A stretch of 62,404 bases of DNA from an uncultured Sphingomonas sp. (GTDB lineage: Bacteria; Pseudomonadota; Alphaproteobacteria; Sphingomonadales; Sphingomonadaceae): positions 1 through 62,404 of the forward strand of contig CBIHLI010000001.1 of the NCBI GenBank assembly GCA_966210575.1. The letters run 5' to 3'. Every line of letters starts with the position of its first letter. Position 1 is the stretch's first letter. The translations under genes and the position numbers were made by a program. Below are positions 1-10,534 of this stretch, piece by piece. The notes under the pieces were generated by a model that saw only the letters and a list, made by a program, of their open reading frames with translations, had not been told where the DNA came from and made no database searches.

Positions 1-1
1 G

Positions 2-1162
2 CTCGACGAGATCGACAAGCTCGGCCAGGATTTCCGCGGCGATCCCGCCTCGGCCTTGCTCGAGGTTCTCGATCCCGAGCAGAACAGCCGGTTCCAGGAC
101 CATTATCTGGAGGTCGACTACGATCTGTCCGACGTCATGTTCGTCACCACCGCCAACTCGATGGACATGCCGCAGCCTCTGCTCGACCGGATGGAGATCA
201 TCCGTCTCGAAGGCTATACCGAGGACGAGAAGGTCGAGATTGCGAAGCGCCATCTGGTGCCCAAGCAGCTCGAGGCCCACGGCCTTCGCGAAGGCGAGCT
301 GAGCCTGACGGAAGTCGGTCTTCGGGCGATGATTCGTCACTATACCCGGGAGGCGGGTGTCCGAACGCTCGAGCGCGAGGTGGCCAAGCTGGCCCGCAAG
401 GCGCTTCGCAACATCCTCGAGGGCAAGGCCGAGACGATCGAGGTGACGGAGGAGAATCTTCCCGACTATCTCGGCGTGCGCAAGTTCCGCCACGGCATGA
501 GCGAGGAGGAGGACCAGATCGGCGCCGTCACCGGCCTGGCCTGGACCGAGGTCGGCGGCGAGCTTCTCACGATCGAGGCGGTCACCGTCCCGGGCAAGGG
601 CCAGATCAGGACCACCGGCAAGCTCGGCGACGTCATGCAGGAGTCGATCCAGGCGGCCTTCTCGTTCGTCAAGGCGAGGGCTCCGAGCTACGGCGTCAAG
701 CCGAGCCTGTTCGGCCGCAAGGATATCCACGTTCACCTGCCGGAAGGCGCGGTGCCGAAGGACGGTCCGAGCGCCGGCATCGGCATGGTGACGGCGATCA
801 TCTCGACCCTGACCGGGATTCCGGTCCGCCGCGACGTCGCGATGACCGGCGAGGTCACCTTGCGTGGGCGGGTCCTTCCGATCGGCGGTCTCAAGGAGAA
901 GCTGCTGGCGGCGCTCCGCGGCGGGATCACGAAGGTGCTCATCCCGGCCGAGAATGAGAAGGATCTCGTCGAGATCCCTGCCAACATCAAGGCAGGGCTG
1001 GAGATCATTGTCGTCTCCCACGTCGACGAGGTGCTTGCCCAGGCGCTTGCGACTCCGGTGGTGCCGATCGAATGGACCGAGGCCGACGAGCTGGCGGCGC
1101 TTCCGCCGTCGGAGCTCCCCGCTTCCAGCGAAGAACGGCCAGGGGTTTCGATCCGCCACTGA
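2..1162 (+). CDS. lon: ATP-dependent protease La (Lon), 5'-truncated by window edge
   Basis: Frame open from position 2 (LDEIDK Walker B); PKDGPSAG catalytic Ser motif; GGLKEK catalytic Lys. Confidence 0.97.
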   Translation, partial: LDEIDKLGQDFRGDPASALLEVLDPEQNSRFQDHYLEVDYDLSDVMFVTTANSMDMPQPLLDRMEIIRLEGYTEDEKVEIAKRHLVPKQLEAHGLREGELSLTEVGLRAMIRHYTREAGVRTLEREVAKLARKALRNILEGKAETIEVTEENLPDYLGVRKFRHGMSEEEDQIGAVTGLAWTEVGGELLTIEAVTVPGKGQIRTTGKLGDVMQESIQAAFSFVKARAPSYGVKPSLFGRKDIHVHLPEGAVPKDGPSAGIGMVTAIISTLTGIPVRRDVAMTGEVTLRGRVLPIGGLKEKLLAALRGGITKVLIPAENEKDLVEIPANIKAGLEIIVVSHVDEVLAQALATPVVPIEWTEADELAALPPSELPASSEERPGVSIRH

Positions 1163-1313
1163 TTTGTTGCGCTGCGGCAACGAAATAGGGACCGGAGAGG
1201 CCGCTCTTTTCGCGGAAATGCGGCCTCTTTCCTTTGACTCCTGTCGCCTGCCTGTCATTAAATCGGGCATCGGCGCCAGCCGCGAGTCATCAGTAACAGG
1301 GGTTTCGGGACAG

Positions 1314-1589
1314 ATGAACAAGCAGGAGCTTATCGGCAAGGTTGCCGACACGACCGGGCTCAGCCGGGGCGATGCCTCGCGCGCGGTCGAAAGCGTGTTC
1401 GAGGTGATCAGCGATGCCTTGAAACGGGGAGACGAAGTCCGTCTCGTCGGCTTCGGCACCTTCTCCTGCTCGCGGCGCAAAGCCTCCACCGGCCGCAATC
1501 CCCGGACTGGCGAGCCGATGCAGATCCGGGAATCGACGCAGCCCAAGTTCAAGGCCGGAAAGGGCCTCAAGGACAGCGTCAACGCCTGA
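1314..1589 (+). CDS. hupB: DNA-binding protein HU
   Basis: MNKQELI...GFGTF...GRNPRTGE...PKFKAGKGLKD signature, 91 aa, follows lon. Confidence 0.96.
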   Translation: MNKQELIGKVADTTGLSRGDASRAVESVFEVISDALKRGDEVRLVGFGTFSCSRRKASTGRNPRTGEPMQIRESTQPKFKAGKGLKDSVNA

Positions 1590-1712
1590 GCGCGAAGGCG
1601 CGTCGGGCGGCGCTGGACAGCTTTCGGGTCGGCGGCTATTGACCGCCGGCTCCAGCGGCATCATCTGCTGCGCGGACGTTCGGACCGACCACAGCCGAAC
1701 CGATCGAGGCGT

Positions 1713-1787
1713 GGGCGCGTAGCTCAGTGGTAGAGCACTGTGTTCACACCGCAGGGGTCGCAAGTTCAATCCTTGCCGCGCCCACCA
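1713..1787 (+). tRNA. tRNA-Val(CAC)
   Basis: Cloverleaf: acceptor GGGCGCG/CGCGCCC, D-arm GCTC/GAGC, anticodon loop TT-CAC-AC, T-loop TTCAATC, encoded CCA. Confidence 0.97.
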
Positions 1788-1792
1788 CGCCT
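1738..1792 (+). repeat. attL core (3' half of tRNA-Val)
   Basis: ctgtgttcacacc...cccaccacgcct identical to 62350-62404. Confidence 0.95.
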
Positions 1793-1804
1793 TCCTCTTG
1801 ATAT

Positions 1805-3052
1805 TCATGCCTTTTTCCCTCTCGCGATCGAGGCGACGTTGCCGCCCTGTGCGGTAAGATCGCGGTAAAACGCTCCTGGAACGATGGCCTCGATCTCGTC
1901 GATCAGGGCCTCGGTGACCGCCAATGCGCGGCCGAGATTGGCCGGATCTACAAGTGCGTACAGGTCGCTGACGGTGACCGGGACGTGCCCGGCCATCATC
2001 CGGCCCTGCACCCAATGTTCCTCGCCGAGTCGTTTCCGAGCCAGCGTCATCACCGACCGGCGAATCAGTTTCGTGCCGGCCTCGCCTCGACCGGGCAGGC
2101 CGAGATCCTCCGCCATCGACTCCCATGCCGACTTGATCGTGCCGACGGGGATGTAGGAGCCCGTCACCTCGTCGAGGTGCGGCGCGAACTGACGGGCGAT
2201 GGGAACGGTGGCCCGGCGCTTGCGGGTCTGCCGCCGGCCGACCGGATTGAGAGCCAGGACCCGGGGCTTCGGGTGCCATTGGCCGCGTTCCGGCTTGGTA
2301 CTGATGTCGAGCACGGCGTCTGGACGGGCCCAGGTGGCGACGCTGGCCCTGAGGAAGCGGAGCAAATTCTCACGCTCCCGCCGGCGCCGGACCAATTCCT
2401 TCTCGCTCCATGGTCCTTCCGGATGGAGGCAGTAGCGGAACATTGCGGCCAACTCGGCGACGTCGCTGCGATGCTGAGGGGTCCGATTGACCTCCCGTGG
2501 CGGAATCGGGCGGAATTTCGGCTGCTCTCCGACCAGACGAATCGCCGATGCCAGCTGGAGCACGCTGTTTTCCACCGTCGAGGCGGCGCGTGCGCGTTCC
2601 TTGCCCTTTGACGAGACGATCGGCTGTTCCATCGCCCATAACCGGAATTTCTGGATCCAGCGCTCGTCGACGTCGTGGCAGAACACCGCGGCGGAGCTGA
2701 GCGTCTCAATATAGTCGACGACGTGATCGAGCCGGGAATTGATCGCCGTCTCGCTCTGCTTGCCTTCGGCCTCGACGCGGGCGAGCTCGATCGCTTCGGT
2801 CACTAGCCGCCCACTGTCCGCAACGAAGGGCCGGTTGCATGTGGGGCAGGATCTGACCCCCCGCGTGATTTCGACGAATTTGCGGTCGAGCGCGGCGATC
2901 GCGGCTTCGATCTCTGTCGAGCCCGCCGAAGCTGCTCGTTCGCGTCCGGCCTCGACGTCGTACCAGACGATTTCGTGGTTTCGCCCTGGCCGCGGGTAGA
3001 GCCGGAATCCTCCGCGCTGGTAGAGCGGTTCATCGCGCTTCGTCTTAGGCAT
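1805..3052 (-). CDS. int: Tyrosine integrase
   Basis: Adjacent to att; WAR(P), KLIRRS, GH and DLY residues in tyrosine recombinase order. Confidence 0.9.
   Translation of the reverse strand: MPKTKRDEPLYQRGGFRLYPRPGRNHEIVWYDVEAGRERAASAGSTEIEAAIAALDRKFVEITRGVRSCPTCNRPFVADSGRLVTEAIELARVEAEGKQSETAINSRLDHVVDYIETLSSAAVFCHDVDERWIQKFRLWAMEQPIVSSKGKERARAASTVENSVLQLASAIRLVGEQPKFRPIPPREVNRTPQHRSDVAELAAMFRYCLHPEGPWSEKELVRRRRERENLLRFLRASVATWARPDAVLDISTKPERGQWHPKPRVLALNPVGRRQTRKRRATVPIARQFAPHLDEVTGSYIPVGTIKSAWESMAEDLGLPGRGEAGTKLIRRSVMTLARKRLGEEHWVQGRMMAGHVPVTVSDLYALVDPANLGRALAVTEALIDEIEAIVPGAFYRDLTAQGGNVASIARGKKA
1851..1868 (+). promoter_or_regulatory. Putative integrase arm-type sites (2x GCGGTAA, 11-bp period)
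   Basis: Same tandem pair recurs near attR at 62242-62259. Confidence 0.6.
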
Positions 3053-3207
3053 TGGGACCTCTGGAGTTCTGCAGCCTTCGTCTGGATCAGCTCGCCGACG
3101 CCGATCGCGTTGAGCATGTCGAGCATGTCGGCCTCGAGCCTGATACCCTTACCCTTCTCGGTCTGGCGAGACCAATGGCGAGCGATTTCGGGGAGCTCAG
3201 CGCCCAT
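2803..3207 (-). CDS. Hypothetical protein at the excisionase position, overlapping the int 5' end
   Basis: ATG at 3207 behind GGAGG; Ser/Thr-rich tail is the alternative frame of int. Confidence 0.45.
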   Translation of the reverse strand: MGAELPEIARHWSRQTEKGKGIRLEADMLDMLNAIGVGELIQTKAAELQRSQCLRRSAMNRSTSAEDSGSTRGQGETTKSSGTTSRPDANEQLRRARQRSKPRSPRSTANSSKSRGGSDPAPHATGPSLRTVGG

Positions 3208-3541
3208 CTTGTCCTCCGATGGATGGATCGATCGCCTTTCGGATGCGCTCGATGCCGCCCTCGAGCGTGCGGATCGCGGTCGCCTTCGTCGCTCCGGTCT
3301 CCAGGTCGATCTTGGCATTGATCATGTAGCCGAGCGCCGCCTTCAGCTCCTCAACCGACTCTTCGCTCGTCCCCATCCTAGCGGCGAGGGCGGCATCGGC
3401 ACGTCGGGCCGCTTCCCGAGTAAGTTCAGAGCAGCGCTTCGCGTCGAGCTTATTGATCGTAGCGAACCTTCCCGCGGCTTCGTGCAGGTCCAATGCGGCT
3501 TGTTTCAGCACCTCACGTAGACGGTCAAAGGATGCGGTCAT
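3197..3541 (-). CDS. Hypothetical phage protein
   Basis: ORF coupled by ATGA overlap in early leftward operon. Confidence 0.65.
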   Translation of the reverse strand: MTASFDRLREVLKQAALDLHEAAGRFATINKLDAKRCSELTREAARRADAALAARMGTSEESVEELKAALGYMINAKIDLETGATKATAIRTLEGGIERIRKAIDPSIGGQDGR

Positions 3542-4068
3542 GATCGGATATCCGTCGTCGCATAGGACGGCCGCGCCGGACGGATCGCCTCGGCACAGGT
3601 TCGGAGCGACGCCGCCGCCATCTCAATTTCCACCGCCTGGTCGAAGAAGCCGTGATCGCGGATCCGCCGGGCCACTTCGAGCGACTCGGCGATGGCGTTG
3701 TCGATCGCCCGGGCGCCGCCGGCCAGCGCGTCGTGCCGCTCCTTCGCCGCCAGCTCCGCGGCGCCGAGAGCGTTGCCGGAATATGAGGTGGATACCTTCG
3801 GGGCTTCGTCGCCGCGCCGGCCCTTCCGGAAATCGTCCATCGACCAGGCGATTTCCTCGGCCTCCGCGGACTGCATCAGCTCGAGCTTGCGCTTCTCCGG
3901 CGTCCAGTCGGTCGACGCGAACACGCGCTGGCGGTTCTTCTGGGCCCATTCGCGCACCAGGTCCGGTGCCAGCGGATCACGGCCCCAGAGCGTGAATTTC
4001 GGCTCTTCCGGCGCGGCTTTGGTCTCGGCCAGGACGTCGAAGGCGCCCGGTTGCTGCTTTGTGTTCAT
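3538..4068 (-). CDS. Hypothetical phage protein
   Basis: EPKFTLWGRDPLAP..W motif reminiscent of small phage proteins; coupled overlaps. Confidence 0.7.
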   Translation of the reverse strand: MNTKQQPGAFDVLAETKAAPEEPKFTLWGRDPLAPDLVREWAQKNRQRVFASTDWTPEKRKLELMQSAEAEEIAWSMDDFRKGRRGDEAPKVSTSYSGNALGAAELAAKERHDALAGGARAIDNAIAESLEVARRIRDHGFFDQAVEIEMAAASLRTCAEAIRPARPSYATTDIRS

Positions 4069-4555
4069 TGTTCGGTCCCCTTTGACGGTGCCGGGAGCAT
4101 CGGAAGCATCGCTGGCATCTTTCCGGTCAGATACGCCTCAGCGATCTGTGGCCGCATCCAGTCGCCGACCGTCCCGCCGGTTGGGAGCATGATGTTGGCC
4201 ATGAACTCGTCCTCGAAGACGCTGATGCCGCTCTCGACGGCCTCGAGCTTCGCCTTGATGACGAGCGCCAGGGCGCGCCACTTCTGCTTCACGGCCTGCT
4301 CGTACTGCTTCGCCGCCTCGGTCTCCGATCGGCGATATTCGGTGTAGCCCCGCTTGTACGTCGTGAAGCGCTTCTCATCGCGCGCCGGCAGCGGAAGCAG
4401 GAAGCGGATCATCCGGCCTTCCATCCGAAAGCCGACGACGGCCCCGCCTTCCTGCCAGCCGTACATGAACTGGTCGGCACCGTAGCGGGTCAGAGTCCGC
4501 TCGATCTCCGAACGGCTCTTGTCGCTGCTGACGTCGGTGTTGGCGGCGTACAGAG

Positions 4556-4559
<4 letters not shown>
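4065..4559 (-). CDS. Conserved phage protein
   Basis: YAANTDVS..KSRSEIERTL..YGA and KAKLEAVESGI..FEDEF pattern; ATG at 4559 overlaps upstream stop. Confidence 0.8.
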
Positions 4560-5532
<973 letters not shown>

Positions 5533-5533
<1 letters not shown>

Positions 5534-5775
5534 TAGACGAGCACCCGAGCGATGTGGTTGCAATAGACGGCGACGCACTTCCAGTAGAGGGCCATCGGCG
5601 CCTTGTGGTTCCGCCAGCATTCTTGGGCCCGATGGCGAGCATCGTCTCGGATGGCCACGATGACGCGTCGCAGCCGAGACCTTTCATCCGGGGTGAGTTC
5701 GACCATTGCGAGCTTGGCCGCCGGCAAGCCGAGAACGGGATTGCGAACCTCGCGGCGGGAGGATCGATCAGCCAT
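5533..5775 (-). CDS. Hypothetical protein
   Basis: 80-aa ORF filling the operon with overlapping start/stop. Confidence 0.6.
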
Positions 5776-6130
5776 CAATATAATCCTCGGGATGATCATC
5801 GTCCGGATCGAACGACGGCTCAGGATCCGGCGCCGGAAGCAGCTCAGGCGGGAGCACCGCCGCGACCGAGGCCGGCAGCTGGTACGCTTTCTTCGGCTGC
5901 CGCTTCTGGGCGATCGCCGCCGAGCAGGGCGTGAACTGGTAGATCGACCCGCCACCGATCAGCACCGCCTCGAGCAGCCGGTCGTTAAACAGCGGTTCGA
6001 TCGAGAGGAGCTTCGTACCGAAGCGTTCCACCTCTTCGACGCGGCCGACCAGCGTGCGGTGGCCCAGCACTTCAACGATAGCGTAATCGCCGTCGGGCAT
6101 CTCGAGCGGGATCTGGTCGACGTCAGCCAC
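5768..6130 (-). CDS. Conserved phage protein
   Basis: AIVEVLGH..LVGRV.EVERFG...GGGSIY..TPCS motif. Confidence 0.75.
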   Translation of the reverse strand: MADVDQIPLEMPDGDYAIVEVLGHRTLVGRVEEVERFGTKLLSIEPLFNDRLLEAVLIGGGSIYQFTPCSAAIAQKRQPKKAYQLPASVAAVLPPELLPAPDPEPSFDPDDDHPEDYIDG

Positions 6131-6341
6131 GGCGGTGTCTCCTCAATCTGATGACGCCGCCACAGAGCGAAGTGGCGGGCATGGGCAAGGCAGTGCCGCA
6201 GAACGCGCATTCCGCCGTCACCCGGCCGACGTACCAGTGCGAGCGGCCGCAGCCGGGGCACCAGTTGGTGTCGTTCTCCCGATAGGTGACGTGATAGCCG
6301 CGAACCTTTGCAGGGATCAGGGTGCCCGCCGCGCCGGTCAT
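6123..6341 (-). CDS. Small zinc-ribbon protein
   Basis: CPGC...CAFC pair. Confidence 0.6.
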   Translation of the reverse strand: MTGAAGTLIPAKVRGYHVTYRENDTNWCPGCGRSHWYVGRVTAECAFCGTALPMPATSLCGGVIRLRRHRRG

Positions 6342-7336
6342 GGCTTCGCCTTGAGCCGCTTCTCGGCATTCTCATAAGCCTGGTCGACGGTCGCCCGGAT
6401 ATCATCGGGCATGGCCTCGACGTGCTTGCGGTTGTCAGAGCGAAGGCTGTTGAGGTCCGGCATGTTTTCGACCTTGCCGGCGCGCGCGATGATCTCGTTC
6501 GCCACGGCCTGGGCTGGGTGTTCGCTATCATCGGACTCGTCCGCGGGGGGCTTGTCCTTCGGCGGCAGTTCGCCGGTCTCCTTATCGTGGGGCTCTTCCT
6601 TCCGGATATTGGTCGGCGGTGCGGTTCGGGTGGGCGCCGGCTCCTGTGTGGTCGAGCTCGCACCGGCCTGACGAAGCGGCGGGATCGGAGCCGCTTCGTT
6701 CTCGAGGCTGCCGCCGTCGAGCATCCCGACGTCGCTCTCGTCGTAGATTCCGGCGAAACCGAAGGCGTAGCGAGCGCACTGGATCGTCGACTTGTGGCGG
6801 AGCATGCGCGCCGGCATCTTGTTCCAGGGATCGGTGCCCTGCTTACATTCCGAGAGATATTCGATGATCCGGACCGGGATTGAGCGATCCTTGCGATGGA
6901 TCGTGGTCGCGATGGCGTAGAGATTGCCTTCGGCGTCAGGCATGTCCTCCCACTCGATGCCCTCGAGCTGCGGATGCTCGTTGATGATGCGGATCCAGCC
7001 GTCGATCGAGACCACCGGCACGATTCCGCCGCCCTTCTTCGGGAAGGCGTAGATCTCCTTGGTCAGCGGGTTCAGCCCATAGGCTTCGGAGACCACGAGC
7101 AGCGACGCGAATTCCTCGTTGCTGGCGCCCTGGAACACCGTCGCCATCAGGACCCGCTGAAGGTCCATCGGATCCATCGAGAGGCGGCTGGCCATCTTGT
7201 CGAGGATGGAGACCTTGCCTTCGCGCGCCTTCAGAGCCGGCTCAGCCGGATTGATGGCGGTGCGGGCGACCTGGCGATTGCCCTGAGCTGGCGGGCGAGT
7301 GGTGCCCTGGCGATTGTACGAGCGGTTCTGGGTCAT
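6338..7336 (-). CDS. bet: Single-strand annealing recombinase (Bet/RecT family)
   Basis: GLNPLTKEIYAFP, IVPVVSIDGW, PW..MP.RMLRHK..IQCARYAFGFAGIYD. Confidence 0.93.
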   Translation of the reverse strand: MTQNRSYNRQGTTRPPAQGNRQVARTAINPAEPALKAREGKVSILDKMASRLSMDPMDLQRVLMATVFQGASNEEFASLLVVSEAYGLNPLTKEIYAFPKKGGGIVPVVSIDGWIRIINEHPQLEGIEWEDMPDAEGNLYAIATTIHRKDRSIPVRIIEYLSECKQGTDPWNKMPARMLRHKSTIQCARYAFGFAGIYDESDVGMLDGGSLENEAAPIPPLRQAGASSTTQEPAPTRTAPPTNIRKEEPHDKETGELPPKDKPPADESDDSEHPAQAVANEIIARAGKVENMPDLNSLRSDNRKHVEAMPDDIRATVDQAYENAEKRLKAKP

Positions 7337-7350
7337 TTGTCGCTTCCCCT

Positions 7351-7722
7351 TCAAAATGGAACTTCAGGATTGGTCGCAGAGGCCTCTTCGTGGCGGTACT
7401 CCTCGATCACCCGGCGTACCGTGGAGACGGCGCGCTCCTTCTCGGCCTCACCAGAATTCAGATGGCCGACGAAATCGTAGATCGCCTCGAATTCAGGATA
7501 GGTGAGCACGATCGAGCCGGTGGCATCGTCGCCGAGACGGCGGACCTTTCCCTTGGTGACACGCGCCAACCACAGACGAATTTCGCGCAGTCCGTTTTCC
7601 AGCGCCTGGTGCTCGCCGCAGCCTTCATCGATTGCAGGCGGCCGAGCTGCGGCAAAGCCCTTGAACCACCAGATGCCATCGGCCAGGACGCCAAGCGCGT
7701 GCTCGACTGATTTGATCATCAT
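7351..7722 (-). CDS. Hypothetical protein
   Basis: ORF between exonuclease and bet, ends in EVPF. Confidence 0.55.
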   Translation of the reverse strand: MMIKSVEHALGVLADGIWWFKGFAAARPPAIDEGCGEHQALENGLREIRLWLARVTKGKVRRLGDDATGSIVLTYPEFEAIYDFVGHLNSGEAEKERAVSTVRRVIEEYRHEEASATNPEVPF

Positions 7723-8429
7723 CGGCCCGCTCCGAACCGGCGGTCCAATTCGCGCTGAGCGTTCCATTTCAGATCCTCTTCCATGGTGACCTGGCGGACC
7801 ATCCAGTCGAGGAAGCCGGTCTCGACCTCTTCCCATGGGCGATCGCGGAACTTGCCGATCGTGCAGCGCGGCAACAGGCGCGGCTCGCGGGTCCAGCCGA
7901 CCATCAGCTTGCCCGTCGCGCCGGCGTCGAACAGGGCGCAGAGGATATGGGCGGTGACATAGGTGTCAGGCGCCGCCCGATGCGGCGGCATGCTCAGCTC
8001 CGGGTCCGGAGCGATGAGCCCCTGATCCTCGAGCCAGTAGCGAAGCGTCTGGTTCTGATGGTTGGGTGCCTCCGGCCAGATCCGGAGCGCCGCCTTCAGG
8101 GTGCAGATCAGCCAAAGCTCGAGATGCTTGGCGATCCACTGGAATTCGAACTCGACGTTGTGCGCGGCGATCGCGTCGACACCCGCTGCCTTCGCATCCG
8201 CTATCAGCCCGGCCGGGTTGAACGGCGGCAGGCCGGCAACCTCCTTGGCGGTGATATGGTGGATGGCGCGGGTCTCAGGCGGACTGGAGCCAACGCCGCA
8301 GAGCCAGGAAACCGGCTCAAAGACCTGGCGGGCCTCGAGATCGACGTCGGTATAGCCGACCTCGATCACCTCCCCCTCGGGCGGAGCGAGACCCGTCGTC
8401 TCGAAATCGATGACACGGAGCAACGTCAC
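7719..8429 (-). CDS. DEDDh 3'-5' exonuclease (ExoX-like)
   Basis: IDFETTG, AHN..FE, HRAAPDT motifs; GKFRDRPW C-terminal domain. Confidence 0.9.
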   Translation of the reverse strand: MTLLRVIDFETTGLAPPEGEVIEVGYTDVDLEARQVFEPVSWLCGVGSSPPETRAIHHITAKEVAGLPPFNPAGLIADAKAAGVDAIAAHNVEFEFQWIAKHLELWLICTLKAALRIWPEAPNHQNQTLRYWLEDQGLIAPDPELSMPPHRAAPDTYVTAHILCALFDAGATGKLMVGWTREPRLLPRCTIGKFRDRPWEEVETGFLDWMVRQVTMEEDLKWNAQRELDRRFGAGR

Positions 8430-9211
8430 CGGACGCGCACCCCGACATCCTCATAGATCCGGACGCCCTTGATCTCGCGGGTGCCGGAGCGAATGAGGGC
8501 GTTCACCGCCTTCTGGACTGCATCGCGGACGTTTTCGTTTGACGAGACCGCCTTGAAGGCCTTGTTCCAGTCCTCGATCTCGCCCTTCCACACTTTCTGA
8601 ACCGAGGCGACGGACCCATAGTCGCCGCGGACGCTCAGCGTCGGCTTGGGCGGAGGCGGCGCCGGGGCGACCGGTTCAGGATCCGGAACGGGCTCACCCG
8701 CCGCACGGGCCTTCTCGGCTTCCTCCTGAGCGATGCGCTTGCGTTCGCGCTGAGCTTCGATCTCGCGTTGGCGCTGCTGTTCCTGCTCGCGTAGCTTCTG
8801 GCGGGCATAGGTCTCGATCTTGCCTCGCACCGACTGCAGTGCACCGTTGAGCCTGACGCTGTGGCGCTTGGCGGCCTCGTCGACCGCCCGGCCGGCCTCG
8901 AGATAGGGTCGCTTGACCATCTCGCGCTCGCCGTCGACCACCTTCGCGGCGGCCGAGATCTGACGCTGCAGATCGGCGCAGCGCCCGGCGGTCTCGTCAT
9001 CGTTGGCGATCGCTCGTTCGGAAGCCGCAATCAGGGCGTCGATCCGATCGATGAATCCTTCACGCTGACGCAGAGCATCGTCAAAGGCGGCGACCGCATC
9101 GATCGCCGGCGTCGGCCGGTTGTCAGAGCGAGTCACCACGCCATCGGAAGCGGGAATGTCGGCGACGGGCGCGAAGAGCGGATCGGCCTTCCTGGATGCA
9201 ATCTTGGTCAT
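8426..9211 (-). CDS. Coiled-coil phage recombination-module protein
   Basis: KRPYLEAGRAVD and REIKGVRIYE motifs. Confidence 0.7.
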   Translation of the reverse strand: MTKIASRKADPLFAPVADIPASDGVVTRSDNRPTPAIDAVAAFDDALRQREGFIDRIDALIAASERAIANDDETAGRCADLQRQISAAAKVVDGEREMVKRPYLEAGRAVDEAAKRHSVRLNGALQSVRGKIETYARQKLREQEQQRQREIEAQRERKRIAQEEAEKARAAGEPVPDPEPVAPAPPPPKPTLSVRGDYGSVASVQKVWKGEIEDWNKAFKAVSSNENVRDAVQKAVNALIRSGTREIKGVRIYEDVGVRVR

Positions 9212-9230
9212 TTCCCCATGGACTCCTTGT

Positions 9231-9611
9231 TCAGAACGGAAGCGGTGCGGACAGAAGGTCGATCGGTCGGTTCGGATTGGCTTGCGGGCTGTGCGGAGCA
9301 TTCTCCCGGCCCCAGCGCTCGAGACTGACGAGATGATCGTGCTCGGCCTCACTGATCCGTTCGCAGGCGCACGCCGGCCAGACGCGGTAGAGATCGATTG
9401 GCCGGCCGTTGACCTCGGCCTGCCAGTTCCAGCGCTCGAGCAGCTCGCCGGTGTCGGGATCGCGGACCTGGCCCCAGAAGATGCGAAGGCCGACCGGATG
9501 GCCGCCGCGCGCCAGTTTCCACCGATAGAAGCCGGCGGTCGGGACGTCCGGATCCACGCTGCCCGGAAGTAGCGGACGGCGCTCCGAATAGTTGAGCGCG
9601 GCGCGGGCCAT
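9231..9611 (-). CDS. Hypothetical phage protein
   Basis: P.AGFYR.KL.RGG..V..RI motif; coupled to ACP gene. Confidence 0.7.
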   Translation of the reverse strand: MARAALNYSERRPLLPGSVDPDVPTAGFYRWKLARGGHPVGLRIFWGQVRDPDTGELLERWNWQAEVNGRPIDLYRVWPACACERISEAEHDHLVSLERWGRENAPHSPQANPNRPIDLLSAPLPF

Positions 9612-9853
9612 CAGCCGCGGCCCAGCTTGCGATTGACGAGCGCGATGACGTGGCCGACGTTCTCGAGGCTGGCGCCTTCGTCGTCGGTGATCTTGATCTT
9701 GAACTTGTCCTCGAGCTTCACCAGCAACTCGATCGGATCGAGGCTGTCGCCGTTGAGATCCTCGAACGTCGACACATAGGTGAAGCGCCTGGTGCCGAAC
9801 TGTTTGGCGATGACGTCGCAGACCTCGGGGGCGGCGGATTCGATATCGGCCAT
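9611..9853 (-). CDS. Acyl carrier protein-like protein
   Basis: 80 aa, FEDLNGDSLDPIELLVKLEDKFKIKITDDE with the phosphopantetheine Ser (DSL). Confidence 0.85.
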   Translation of the reverse strand: MADIESAAPEVCDVIAKQFGTRRFTYVSTFEDLNGDSLDPIELLVKLEDKFKIKITDDEGASLENVGHVIALVNRKLGRG

Positions 9854-10023
9854 CAGAAAAGCACTCCAGTCCAGGTAGCGACGATCGTCGCCAGACCGGC
9901 CGCCCAGGCGACAGCGATGATTGCCCAGCTCGGCTCAGCGAAATCGTGGCAAAGCGCGGATTGCTCAGGCTCCAGGCAGCGCTGGCATGGCGCCGGCTCG
10001 CGGCAGGCGGGGCAGAAGCTCAT
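9853..10023 (-). CDS. Small Cys-rich membrane protein
   Basis: CPAC..CQRC plus C-terminal hydrophobic helix; overlaps both neighbours. Confidence 0.5.
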   Translation of the reverse strand: MSFCPACREPAPCQRCLEPEQSALCHDFAEPSWAIIAVAWAAGLATIVATWTGVLF

Positions 10024-10208
10024 GCTCGCCACCTCCGCTCGAGGGCGGCATCCCAGCCTTCCTCGAACCCGATGCGCATGGCGCCGGCATTGGAGGATCC
10101 GAGAGCGCGGCCGGCGTAGGAGCTGGCGGAAAAGCGCCGAAATGCCTCGGCGCGCTCCTGGTCCTCGTCCTCGACGGCGGCCTGATGATGGCAAGGGCGC
10201 AGGCTCAT
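10020..10208 (-). CDS. Hypothetical small protein
   Basis: ATGA-coupled ORF. Confidence 0.45.
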   Translation of the reverse strand: MSLRPCHHQAAVEDEDQERAEAFRRFSASSYAGRALGSSNAGAMRIGFEEGWDAALERRWRA

Positions 10209-10534
10209 CGGCTGCGCCTTTTCGGGCGGCCGCCTTGGCAGCTGTTGCACATGACCGTCTCGTCCTTCTTGGCGAGACGGTGATTGGCATGAAGGTCGAT
10301 GAAGCGGCCGCAGAGGTATCGCTCCGCAGTGCCAGGAGCGTGGGAAACATATGCCCGAGCTCGATGCTTCTCGGGCCGTCCGCGGCGTGGGAGCCGACTA
10401 CGCCACTTGCTGACGCGCGACCCCAGCCTGGGTCGCGGCTCGCTTTCGACGATCCTGGAGGGAATAGAGGCGAAACGGACGCCGGCGAGAAGCCCAGCGA
10501 CCGCAGCGGCCATCATTCGTGAACGATTGAACAT
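10205..10534 (-). CDS. Hypothetical basic protein
   Basis: TGATG overlap with the stop of the Tas-like gene. Confidence 0.5.
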   Translation of the reverse strand: MFNRSRMMAAAVAGLLAGVRFASIPSRIVESEPRPRLGSRVSKWRSRLPRRGRPEKHRARAYVSHAPGTAERYLCGRFIDLHANHRLAKKDETVMCNSCQGGRPKRRSR

